DNA of 64,000 nt from an uncultured Lachnospiraceae bacterium (GTDB lineage: Bacteria; Bacillota; Clostridia; Christensenellales; UBA1242). Of the stretch, positions 1 through 8,041 are shown in pieces. Made by a program: the position numbers and the translations under genes. The notes under the pieces are model-generated. The model did no database searches and was not told the DNA's origin. It worked only from the letters and a program-made list of their open reading frames with translations. Every line of letters starts with the position of its first letter. The first letter of the stretch is position 1. The stretch covers positions 74,537-138,536 of the forward strand of contig CAYMVO010000001.1 of assembly GCA_964393975.1 (NCBI GenBank), written 5' to 3'.

Positions 1-90
1 ATGGCAATAGAGGGTGAAAAAGAGCAGGTTGACCTAGTTTATGAAGAAATAAAACAAATTGAGCTAAAAAATGGAGAACTTAAGTTTTAA
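1..90 (+). CDS. 3' end (last 29 codons) of an unidentified gene entering from upstream of the window
   Basis: Frame +1 is open from base 1 to TAA at 88-90 (...EEIKQIELKNGELKF) and is followed by a terminator at 261-297. Too short to assign a family. Confidence 0.3.
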   Translation: MAIEGEKEQVDLVYEEIKQIELKNGELKF

Positions 91-260
91 CTATAAAGAA
101 ATATAGTTAGTTTTTCTCGCAAACTTTTACCATTATTATCATTAAATAAAATAGCTATTTATATTTAACGCTTTTTATTCCAATAAATTTTTGATTTAAA
201 TTCTTATCATTCCCTTAAATCCATATCTATATGATTATCTTGTGTTAGTTTTTTGATTAT

Positions 261-297
261 TTATGCGTAAAAGCTGTATTTTACGCATAAATTTTTT
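261..297 (+). terminator. Rho-independent terminator
   Basis: 12-bp perfect stem TTATGCGTAAAA (261-272) / TTTTACGCATAA (279-290), 6-nt loop, then a T6 run at 292-297. Confidence 0.6.
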
Positions 298-419
298 AAG
301 TTTATTTGTTGATGCGCCAACATACTTTTACCACTTTTTACGCAAACTACCCTACTCCATTGTATTCACATTGTAAATAAGTTTGTAGGTGCTCTTTATC
401 AAACGACTTAATAAATCTA

Positions 420-1076
420 TCACTTTATTCTATATAATTGTAGCAAAAAATCATAATTATACAATTCATTTCTTAGCGCCTTGTAATTCGGTAACACTCT
501 ACTCACCTCCGCCCAAAAAGCAGGCGAATGATTCATTTGTTTTAAATGAGATAATTCATGTATTAAAACATAATCTATAAATCGATGTTCAAGCATTATT
601 ACTCTAAAGTTTACTTTTACTACTCTAGTGGAGCTACAACTCCCCCAACGAACTTTGGAATTATCTATCCTAAACTCAAAATTATCTATTTTAACAACAT
701 TAGCGAGTTCCATAATGCGTTTATGCAATATGTCATTAGCAATATTTTTTAAATATTTTATTAGGTTTTTCTCATCTTTTACAATTAATTCGTAATCTGT
801 TAAAACAGGTTTCTTATATTGAAGATTGTATTTTAAATCAAAAATCCTACCTAAAATTGATATCTTTTTGTATGTAATTAAGTCGCTATACGCCTTGTTT
901 CGAGCTAAAATTTTACATTTATGTTTCATTATCCAATCTTCCCTAGAGGAAACAAAACGCTCCACTGCATCTTGCTTTAAATTTTGCGGTATTTTTAGCA
1001 CCACTTCCCCATTTTGCTCAATTTGTATACTCATTCTTTTAGTTTTTGTATATATAATTCTGTCGATGTTTTTCAA
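420..1076 (-). CDS. YgjP/DUF45-family zinc metallopeptidase-like protein (M48/WLM-like)
   Basis: C-terminal signature RWGSCSS...IDYVLIHELSHLKQMNHSPAFWAEV with an HExxH motif. The 218-aa size is typical of DUF45. TGA stop. Confidence 0.8.
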   Translation of the reverse strand: MKNIDRIIYTKTKRMSIQIEQNGEVVLKIPQNLKQDAVERFVSSREDWIMKHKCKILARNKAYSDLITYKKISILGRIFDLKYNLQYKKPVLTDYELIVKDEKNLIKYLKNIANDILHKRIMELANVVKIDNFEFRIDNSKVRWGSCSSTRVVKVNFRVIMLEHRFIDYVLIHELSHLKQMNHSPAFWAEVSRVLPNYKALRNELYNYDFLLQLYRIK

Positions 1077-1123
1077 ATTTTTACTCCTTTGATAACATTA
1101 TAACACATTTTTAACATATATTA

Positions 1124-1152
1124 TTGACTTTTTCAATAAAAAATTGTACAAT
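1124..1152 (+). promoter_or_regulatory. Sigma-A-type promoter for the PadR-ABC operon
   Basis: TTGACT (1124-1129), 17-nt spacer, TACAAT (1147-1152). An AT-only 7-3-7 inverted repeat at 1150-1166 overlaps the -10/TSS. Confidence 0.5.
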
Positions 1153-1261
1153 ATATATAATATATTTTCAAATAAAGAGTTTTTAAATGATTATTTTAAA
1201 GCATAACTCTTTTTCTTAGCCATTTATGACTTCACTAATTATTCAAAAAAGGGGGTTTCTT

Positions 1262-2674
1262 ATGAGTAATTTTACAAATTCAAATTTGTCTGATTTAATC
1301 TTATATATTCTAAAACAACGAGCAAAGTTTGGAAACGAAATTACAAGTGAAATCGCCAAATTAACAAACGGGGCTTTGGAAGTAAAGCAAACCACGCTTT
1401 ATGGGACACTGAAAAAACTCGAACAACGAAAGCTCATAACTTCCTATTGGGAAGATAGTTCTATCGGTGGCAAAAGACACTATTATCTTTTGACTGATTT
1501 AGGTATGCAAGAACTAAAAAACATACACTTTGAAAAGCCTGAAAAAACGCAAATCACGCAAGCTTTAGAGCCTTTTGAGCCTAATAGTACACAAAATGAA
1601 ACGTTTTGGCATAGGAAAAACGAATTTGAGACAACAATGAAAAATGCTGTTTCAGATACACCAATGCTAGATAGATTGGAGACACAAAAGCAAAGCACCA
1701 CTTCTTCACTAATCTACCAAACTAGCAATAATGAAAAAACATTTGAAAACGGACAAAACTCTTTTACTGACAATGAAAAACTAAGCGACTCATTTAAATT
1801 TAAACATTTTGAAAATAAAAACGAAGAAAATTCAGACACTAGTTTAAAACAAGATATTATTAGTAAAACGACATCGGATAGCGCTGTTTTTATACCAAAC
1901 TCACTTAGAACAGATACAAATGATATAATTACAAATACAATCAATAAAGAGCGTTCAGTAGAAATGAGTAATACGGAGGTAGACTATCGAAATATTTTGG
2001 GTGAATTATATGTTCCCGAAGATAATTTAACACAAACTGATAATGACAACGATAAACCGCTAACCGAATCAGTTTGTACACCTCCCATCATAAATACCGA
2101 TTTTGAGTTTGAATGCCAAAGTCAACCGCAAATGCAAAAAGTCATTCATTCTTTTACAGTCAAAAATCAAAGTTTTGAAAATTTTGGCATAAAAGTAAAA
2201 AAACACAGTAAAGTATCTAAGCTAGATACAACATCTGATAAATATTTAAAAAGAAACAAATTAAACTTATGCGTGAGTGCTGTATCCTACATAATTTTAT
2301 GTTTGCTACTAACAACTTCGTACTTAATTATAAAAGGAGCTGTTTCAAGCGATTTTAATTATTTATTTACGCTAGTTATTATTGGTTTTTGTGGGCTTGT
2401 TTATCCGTTATTTTATCTGATTTTATATATAGCAAACCCACATAAAAAAGTGAAAAATGAATTTAAATTTAAGCAAGAATTTTTAGTAACATTACTAGTC
2501 ACCGGTATATTTATAGTGTTTGTGATCGCTATCAACTTTTTAGCAGGTATGAACAATCTCAATCAAATACATTTTTTGTATTATTGGTTGATCCCACTAT
2601 TGCTATCAGTTGTTGTGGCACTAATGCCTTGTATAAAAAAATTGCTTATTTTAACAAAAAAGTTTAATGCTTAA
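1262..2674 (+). CDS. Membrane-anchored PadR-family transcriptional regulator (N-terminal wHTH, about 240-aa polar linker, 4-5 C-terminal TM helices)
   Basis: The N-terminus LILYILKQRAKFGNEITSEI...TLYGTLKKLEQRKLITSYWEDSSIGGKRHYYLLTDLG matches the PadR wHTH pattern. The C-terminus has hydrophobic segments (SAVSYIILCLLLTTSYLII, LFTLVIIGFCGLVYPLFYLILYI, FLVTLLVTGIFIVFVIAINFLAG, LYYWLIPLLLSVVVALMP). The ATG at 1262 has a GGGGG RBS 7 nt upstream, so the track start at 1226 is probably too long. Confidence 0.7.
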   Translation: MSNFTNSNLSDLILYILKQRAKFGNEITSEIAKLTNGALEVKQTTLYGTLKKLEQRKLITSYWEDSSIGGKRHYYLLTDLGMQELKNIHFEKPEKTQITQALEPFEPNSTQNETFWHRKNEFETTMKNAVSDTPMLDRLETQKQSTTSSLIYQTSNNEKTFENGQNSFTDNEKLSDSFKFKHFENKNEENSDTSLKQDIISKTTSDSAVFIPNSLRTDTNDIITNTINKERSVEMSNTEVDYRNILGELYVPEDNLTQTDNDNDKPLTESVCTPPIINTDFEFECQSQPQMQKVIHSFTVKNQSFENFGIKVKKHSKVSKLDTTSDKYLKRNKLNLCVSAVSYIILCLLLTTSYLIIKGAVSSDFNYLFTLVIIGFCGLVYPLFYLILYIANPHKKVKNEFKFKQEFLVTLLVTGIFIVFVIAINFLAGMNNLNQIHFLYYWLIPLLLSVVVALMPCIKKLLILTKKFNA

Positions 2675-2685
2675 GGAGAATTATC

Positions 2686-3621
2686 TTGACTACTAAAATA
2701 TTAGAAGTTAAAAATTTAACAAAAATTTATAAAAATCGTGTTGCAGTGGACGATGTATCTTTTGATGTGTACGAAGGTGAAATCTTTGGTTTCTTGGGAC
2801 CTAATGGCGCAGGTAAAAGTACTACAATCAAAATGATAACTGGTTTGGCAACTATTACAAATGGTGATGTTTATGTTTGTGGATATTCTATAAAAAGAGA
2901 CTTCGAACTAGCAATACGACAAGTTGGCGGTATCATTGAAAATCCAGAAATGTATAGCTATATGTCTGGATGGGACAATCTTAAGTTTTTCGCAAACCTA
3001 TATAACGGCATATCTAACGAACGTATTCACGAGGTCGTAAAACTAGTCGGACTAGAAAATCGTATCAAAGATAAATTTAAAAATTACTCGCTTGGTATGA
3101 AACAGAGATTAGGTATTGCGCAATCACTACTCCACTCACCTAAGATACTTATCCTAGATGAGCCGACAAACGGACTAGATCCTAGTGGTATACAAGAAAT
3201 GCGAAGATTTTTAAAACACATTGCGCACAATGAAAAGATTTCCATTTTAATTAGTAGTCACATATTAGCTGAAATGGAGCAAATTTGTGACACAATAGCA
3301 ATTATTGACCACGGAAAGTTGATAGAGATAAAGAACATTGACCAAATACGGAAAGGCATCTTAGGTGGTCAACGATATTGTATCAAAGTAGACTATCCTA
3401 ACTATGCAGGTAAATTAATTTATAATAACTTTGATATTGAAGTTGAATTAGCGGGGAACAATATTATTTTACCTTGTGAAGAAGTACTAATACCTAACAT
3501 TTTAAAAGTACTCATCAAAAATAATTTATCAATATTTGGTGTAACAACAATCACAAAGACGCTAGAGGAAGTGTTCTTAGACATTATAAGAGAACGCTCT
3601 GGTTCTGTGAGTATTACTTAA
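2686..3621 (+). CDS. ABC transporter ATP-binding protein (ABC-2/BcrA/NatA-like subfamily)
   Basis: Walker [10 protein letters not shown], signature YSLGMKQR, Walker [10 protein letters not shown]-loop SSHIL. TTG start preceded by AAGGAG. Starts 11 nt after the PadR stop. Confidence 0.9.
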   Translation: MTTKILEVKNLTKIYKNRVAVDDVSFDVYEGEIFGFLGPNGAGKSTTIKMITGLATITNGDVYVCGYSIKRDFELAIRQVGGIIENPEMYSYMSGWDNLKFFANLYNGISNERIHEVVKLVGLENRIKDKFKNYSLGMKQRLGIAQSLLHSPKILILDEPTNGLDPSGIQEMRRFLKHIAHNEKISILISSHILAEMEQICDTIAIIDHGKLIEIKNIDQIRKGILGGQRYCIKVDYPNYAGKLIYNNFDIEVELAGNNIILPCEEVLIPNILKVLIKNNLSIFGVTTITKTLEEVFLDIIRERSGSVSIT

Positions 3622-3637
3622 TTATAAGGAGATTTAA

Positions 3638-5407
3638 ATGAATAAATTATTCAAAGCAGAATTGAAAAAAATATTTTTAAGACCTGGAATTTTTGTTATG
3701 ACAGCTCTCCTTGCGTTGATTTTGGCTTTATCGTATTTTCTATATGCCCCAGTGAATAGGTCAACATCTAAAATCAGTATTGACAAACCGACCTTGAGTG
3801 AAATCTATAATTACTACGCTACTGGCAGTTTGAATTATTCAAAAACTGATGCTGACACGCAATTAACTAGTGCTCGTACTATGATTGAAGAATACAAAGC
3901 ATCACTTAACGACTCAAAAGCACAAAAAATAAAAGAACAAGTAGATTTAGTAAATAAAAATTTGGCATCTTTTGTGGACTATGCTAATAGAGCAAGGTCA
4001 AATTGGGATTATAAAGAAAACGCGGAAAATATAAGGCTCAATCAAGTCTTGCCTTCTTTAAGTAAACTTGAACAAATGTATACAAATTATTCCAACACTA
4101 GTAAACCAAGTATTTTGGTGACCACCGCATCAGATAATAGAATAACATCTATGTTGACATCAATACAAAAAATTTTGACATCTCAAGTAGATCCAACTAT
4201 TGAAACTTACAACAACTTTGTATCCAATCTAGAAAAGTATAATCTAGAAACTAATAAAAATAAATTTAAAATAAATACAACTGATGATTTTTATAGTATT
4301 GTGGATGTGCAATTTGATGAAGAGTTTTTGAACGATTTAAATGATAATTATGTAAATGTGTGTTCTGGTAGACTAATAGAAGTTGATAAACAAATCACTC
4401 AATTTTATGCAGATTTTGGCGGTCAATTAGAATACGAAAAAAGTTACGACAAAATTGACGAACTTAATGCTTTAATCAGTAAATATTATAATAATAATAA
4501 ACAATTATACGAGATAATTAAAAGTAAAATTTATTTAAGCATTGCTGATGACTATACTGATTTTGAAATAAAACAATATAAAGGGCTGGAAGATTTTAAT
4601 AGATATGAGAGCGAACAATCTTTAACTAAACAAGAATACCTATTTAAAAACGACAAAATGGACTATGATTACGCTAAACCATTTAGCGTATTGTCCACTA
4701 GTAATTTTGAGTCTAACGCATTTGACTTTATGTATTTTGTATTAGAATTGTTTAGTTTTGTAATAATAATTTATTGCGTTGTAATAGGTTCTAGTATGAT
4801 TGCAGGTGAGCAAAATAACGGTACTCTAAAACTTTTAGCAATTCGACCATATAATAGGTCAAAAATAATGACAAGCAAGATACTTGCGACCGCATTTTTT
4901 GCATTTGTGTTTACATTATTATCCACTATAATCACTTTTGTAGCAGGGGGTATAATGTTCGGTTTTGGTTCTGCCCCTATCCTATGTATTTTTAACGCAA
5001 GTATAGCTTTTGAAATGAGTCCTATACTACTCAGTATTATTTATCTTTGTGCACTAATGCTAAAGATTACGACTTATATTATTTTAGCCTTTACGATATC
5101 AACACTCTTTAAGAGTTATGTCGGAGCTGTTACAGTTTCAATCTTCTGTTTCTTTGGTGCGGGTATTTTAAATTTATATGTATCTTCAAATAATATCATA
5201 AAATACTTACCTTTAAACAATTTGGATTTATTTAAATACTTTGGTGGTGGTATGTTTGGCACATCCAACTCTTCACTATTCAATATTTTTAGTACTCCAA
5301 TACTGCCAGATATGAGCTTTATGTTTAGTTTGATTAATATTATAATCACGATATCAGTACTTTTAATTGTTACTTATACAGTGTTTAAGAGAAGAGATAT
5401 TGCATAA
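3638..5407 (+). CDS. ABC-2-type transporter permease with a large (about 330 aa) extracytoplasmic helical domain
   Basis: One N-terminal TM (IFVMTALLALILALSYFLY), a long polar domain, then 5 C-terminal TM helices. AAGGAG RBS. Directly follows the ATPase gene. Confidence 0.7.
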   Translation: MNKLFKAELKKIFLRPGIFVMTALLALILALSYFLYAPVNRSTSKISIDKPTLSEIYNYYATGSLNYSKTDADTQLTSARTMIEEYKASLNDSKAQKIKEQVDLVNKNLASFVDYANRARSNWDYKENAENIRLNQVLPSLSKLEQMYTNYSNTSKPSILVTTASDNRITSMLTSIQKILTSQVDPTIETYNNFVSNLEKYNLETNKNKFKINTTDDFYSIVDVQFDEEFLNDLNDNYVNVCSGRLIEVDKQITQFYADFGGQLEYEKSYDKIDELNALISKYYNNNKQLYEIIKSKIYLSIADDYTDFEIKQYKGLEDFNRYESEQSLTKQEYLFKNDKMDYDYAKPFSVLSTSNFESNAFDFMYFVLELFSFVIIIYCVVIGSSMIAGEQNNGTLKLLAIRPYNRSKIMTSKILATAFFAFVFTLLSTIITFVAGGIMFGFGSAPILCIFNASIAFEMSPILLSIIYLCALMLKITTYIILAFTISTLFKSYVGAVTVSIFCFFGAGILNLYVSSNNIIKYLPLNNLDLFKYFGGGMFGTSNSSLFNIFSTPILPDMSFMFSLINIIITISVLLIVTYTVFKRRDIA

Positions 5408-5410
5408 AGG

Positions 5411-5469
5411 AAAAAACACCTTTTTGAAGTGAGCCCTGCGGGGTTCACTTCATTTTGTGGGTGTTTTTT
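5411..5469. terminator. Bidirectional terminator between the convergent permease and rnhA genes
   Basis: Outer arms AAAAAACACC (5411-5420) / GGTGTTTTTT (5460-5469) enclose the GC-rich hairpin GAAGTGAGCCC-TGC-GGGGTTCACTTC (5426-5451). Confidence 0.65.
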
Positions 5470-5518
5470 ATATAAATATTTCATATTGATAATTAATATA
5501 AATGATAAATGCGACAAT

Positions 5519-5953
5519 CTAAAGTTTGCTAGCCTCTCCCCTCGCCAATTTATCACATCTATTATTGTAAATATCATCACTATGCCCTTTGACTTTTAAA
5601 AAATTTATAGTATGTGGTTCAATCACCTCTATCAACTTTTGCCACAAATCAGCATTAAGGACAGGTCTATCTTTACCATGTTGCCAATCTTTTTTTATCC
5701 ACCTCGTTATCCAATCATTATTAAACGCATTTATCACATAAGCACTATCCGAATATAAATCAACTTCACAAGGCTTTTTTAACGATTCAATTGCTTTTAT
5801 AATAGCAGTCATCTCCATTCTATTATTTGTTGTATTGTCCTCAGCTCCCGATAATTCTTTGTACTTATTTTTATATATAAAAATACACGCCCATCCGCCT
5901 CGACCGGGGTTATTCAAGCAAGAGCCATCGGTGTAAATAATTACTTTTTCCAT
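5519..5953 (-). CDS. rnhA: Ribonuclease HI
   Basis: IYTDGSCLNNPGRGGWA, TNNRMEMTA, DLYSDSAYVINA and GHSD...NNRCDKLA match the RNase H type 1 catalytic DEDD pattern. 144 aa. Confidence 0.9.
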   Translation of the reverse strand: MEKVIIYTDGSCLNNPGRGGWACIFIYKNKYKELSGAEDNTTNNRMEMTAIIKAIESLKKPCEVDLYSDSAYVINAFNNDWITRWIKKDWQHGKDRPVLNADLWQKLIEVIEPHTINFLKVKGHSDDIYNNRCDKLARGEASKL

Positions 5954-5995
5954 AAGCGTATTATAGCAAAAATTTTAAAAATAATCAATTTATTA

Positions 5996-6024
5996 TTGAC
6001 AAAAATAATGTATTATTGTATAAT
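5996..6024 (+). promoter_or_regulatory. Consensus sigma-A promoter for tRNA-Trp
   Basis: TTGACA (5996-6001), 17-nt spacer, TATAAT (6019-6024), 11 nt upstream of the tRNA 5' end. Confidence 0.7.
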
Positions 6025-6035
6025 ATTTTTGTTAT

Positions 6036-6109
6036 AGGGGTGTAGTTTAGTGGCAAAATGAGAGTCTCCAAAACTCCAGTTGAGGGTTCGATTCCTTCCA
6101 CCCCTGCCA
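6036..6109 (+). tRNA. trnW: tRNA-Trp (anticodon CCA)
   Basis: Hand-folded cloverleaf. The acceptor AGGGGTG/CACCCCT has 7 bp. The anticodon loop is CTCCAAA with CCA at 6068-6070. The T arm is GAGGG-TTCGATT-CCTTC, with discriminator G and an encoded CCA. Closely resembles Bacillus tRNA-Trp. Confidence 0.9.
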
Positions 6110-6115
6110 ATAGTT

Positions 6116-6149
6116 AGTGGGCATTATAGTTTGTAGTGTCCGCTTTTTT
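6116..6149 (+). terminator. Probable intrinsic terminator of tRNA-Trp
   Basis: 8-bp stem AGTGGGCA/TGTCCGCT (two G-U pairs), 13-nt loop, T6 tail at 6144-6149. Confidence 0.45.
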
Positions 6150-6164
6150 ATTTGAAATACATAT

Positions 6165-6262
6165 AGTACGGAATCGAACCCTTGGTTCGAGGCTGTCGCC
6201 CTGACCGCAAGTGACTTGCTCCCGGCTTTGGCTAAAAACTTGCCATTACTCACCTATAGACA
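6165..6262. other. Unassigned GC-rich structured element (possible small RNA or decayed tRNA-like sequence)
   Basis: A core of about 65 nt is far more GC-rich than its flanks. It holds hairpins TCGAACC-CTT-GGTTCGA (6174-6190) and GCAAG-TGA-CTTGC (6207-6219, extended by GCC 6198-6200 / GGC 6224-6226). The minus strand carries a T-loop-like GGTTCGATTCC (6170-6180). No complete cloverleaf could be drawn. Confidence 0.25.
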
Positions 6263-6300
6263 CTCACATTACCAACACATAAAAACTATTAACTTACTAT

Positions 6301-6335
6301 AAAAAAATTGTAGCACAATAGACTACAATTTTTTA
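6301..6335 (-). terminator. Intrinsic terminator downstream of rny (bidirectional shape)
   Basis: Stem ATTGTAG (6307-6313) / CTACAAT (6323-6329) with a 9-nt loop, flanked by an A7 run on one side and a T run on the other. Confidence 0.55.
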
Positions 6336-6338
6336 AAA

Positions 6339-7931
6339 TTATTTAGCGGTCTCAACCTTGCGTACTTCTCGTATCACGTTCACCTTGATTTGACCTGGAT
6401 AATCCAACTGTTCCTCAATCTTTTTAGCGACCTCACGAGCTAAATAACTCGCCTCGTCATCACTAATTTTTTCAGGTTTTACAATAATACGAATTTCACG
6501 CCCCGCTTGAATAGCGAAAGATTTATCTACGCCATCAAAACTATTAGCTATACTCTCTAATGCAGTGAGACGTTTGATATAATTTTCTAATGATTCTCTC
6601 CTCGCACCTGGTCTAGCACTTGAAATAGCGTCCGCCGCCTGTACAAGTATCGCCTCAATAGAATTGAACGGAACATCGCCATGATGAGCCTCGATACAAT
6701 GAATAACGGCATTAGATTCTTTGTACTTTCTTGCCAAATCTACACCAATACTTACATGCGTCCCCTCAAGTTCGTGATCAACTGCTTTGCCTATATCGTG
6801 CAGTAAACCACCTCGTTTTGCCACCTTAACATCGGCACCAAGCTCGCTAGCCATTAACCCTGCCAAATTCGCGACTTCAATACTGTGAAGCAAACAATTT
6901 TGACCATAGCTCGTTCTATATTTTAGTCGTCCTAAAATCTTAACTAATTCAGGATGCATATTGTGAATGCCAACACTTAGTTCCGCATTTTCGCCCGCTT
7001 CTTTGATAGTATTTTCCATATCTTTACGAACTTTTTCTACCAATTCCTCAATTTTTGCTGGATGGATTCTTCCATCCATAATCAATTTTTCTAGTGCAAT
7101 CCTAGCAATTTCTCTCCTAACTGGATCAAACCCTGATAAAGTAATTGCATCAGGTGTATCATCAATAATCAATTCAACACCGGTCATTTGCTCAAGTGTT
7201 CTAATATTTCTCCCTTCACGACCAATAATGCGCCCTTTAATATCTTCGTTTGGAATAGGCACAACGGACACAGTAACATCTTGAGCGTGATCAGCAGAGC
7301 ATTTTTGAATAGCAAGCGTAATAATTTCTTTTGCTTTTCTCTCAGCGTTATCTCGTGCTTCTTGTTCTATTTCTTTAGCGATTTTTACACCATCAATTTT
7401 CGCCTCATCAGCATAAACTTTAATGATTTCATTTTTAGCCTGTTCGGGTGTGTACCCACTCACTTTAGACAATTCTTCCAAAATATTAGCTTTGATTTTA
7501 TCAATCTCAATCTTGATTTCATCGACTTCTTTTTGCCTCTTTTCAGCCTCAGCCTTGAGTGAATCTACTTGACTTTGCTTTTTATCAATAGACAACTCTT
7601 TTTTTGACAAAATTTCTTCTTTCGCAAAAACACGCTCTTCCAATTTTAAAACTTCTGCTCTTCTTGACTTGAGTTCGTTTTCCATCTCGCTACGGGACTT
7701 ATAAGCCTCATCTTTTGCTTCTTGTAAAGCCTCTCTCTTGACAATATTCGCCTCTGCATACGCATCTTCAATTATTTGATTTGCTCTAATATTACTATTT
7801 TGCAATTTCTTATTATTATAGAGGTAATTAATCACTAAACCGGTACCCAAACCGATAAGCAACGCAATCACACCAATCACAACTGCAATACCTACAGAGA
7901 CATTAGCCAACATAATTATATTGTTGTACAT
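6339..7931 (-). CDS. rny: Ribonuclease Y
   Basis: N-terminal TM, a long coiled-coil, a KH domain ([15 protein letters not shown]) and an HD domain (LLHDIGKA...HHGD). The ATG at 7931 has an AAGGAG RBS; the track start at 7982 is likely an over-extension. Confidence 0.92.
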   Translation of the reverse strand: MYNNIIMLANVSVGIAVVIGVIALLIGLGTGLVINYLYNNKKLQNSNIRANQIIEDAYAEANIVKREALQEAKDEAYKSRSEMENELKSRRAEVLKLEERVFAKEEILSKKELSIDKKQSQVDSLKAEAEKRQKEVDEIKIEIDKIKANILEELSKVSGYTPEQAKNEIIKVYADEAKIDGVKIAKEIEQEARDNAERKAKEIITLAIQKCSADHAQDVTVSVVPIPNEDIKGRIIGREGRNIRTLEQMTGVELIIDDTPDAITLSGFDPVRREIARIALEKLIMDGRIHPAKIEELVEKVRKDMENTIKEAGENAELSVGIHNMHPELVKILGRLKYRTSYGQNCLLHSIEVANLAGLMASELGADVKVAKRGGLLHDIGKAVDHELEGTHVSIGVDLARKYKESNAVIHCIEAHHGDVPFNSIEAILVQAADAISSARPGARRESLENYIKRLTALESIANSFDGVDKSFAIQAGREIRIIVKPEKISDDEASYLAREVAKKIEEQLDYPGQIKVNVIREVRKVETAK

Positions 7932-7991
7932 AAATCTCCTTAAAATGAAAATAATAGATGATACCCTTGATGAGTAATTCATCTATTATCC

Positions 7992-8020
7992 ATTATACTT
8001 CATTTTCCAGTTTATGTCAA
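7992..8020 (-). promoter_or_regulatory. Consensus sigma-A promoter for rny
   Basis: On the minus strand: TTGACA (8020-8015), 17-nt spacer, TATAAT (7997-7992). Confidence 0.65.
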
Positions 8021-8041
8021 TGATATTTAACCTCTATTTTA

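Noticed and set aside
1150-1166. 7-3-7 inverted repeat AATATAT-ATA-ATATATT as a PadR operator
   Set aside because: It is composed only of A/T in a region that is nearly all A/T and does not match the ATGT-N8-ACAT PadR box. It is mentioned under a finding but not called as a feature.
6191-6226. SRP-RNA domain IV-like motifs (GGTCAGG and AGCA on the minus strand) in the unknown element
   Set aside because: The motif order is reversed relative to real SRP helix 8 and there is no GNRA tetraloop. A convincing full-length SRP RNA is present at 59284-59553.
6047-6253. 68-aa minus-strand ORF from the track
   Set aside because: It runs antisense through tRNA-Trp and its terminator and through the GC-rich structured element. 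It starts at GTG without an RBS, and its composition is an artefact of RNA-gene sequence.
6165-6262. Minus-strand tRNA (Ser-, Leu- or Sec-like) suggested by GGTTCGATTCC
   Set aside because: A cloverleaf cannot be completed. The T-stem pairs at only 3 of 5 positions, the acceptor pairs at 5 bp or fewer, there is no valid 7-nt anticodon loop (the TCA sits in a 3-nt loop), and there is no CCA or discriminator context. Kept only as an unassigned element or possible pseudogene.
7951-7989. 11-bp hairpin (ATAATAGATGA / TCATCTATTAT) upstream of rny as a regulatory leader structure
   Set aside because: With the -10 at 7992-7997 the transcription start would fall inside the 5' arm, so the full hairpin is probably not in the mRNA. 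Not reported as a feature.
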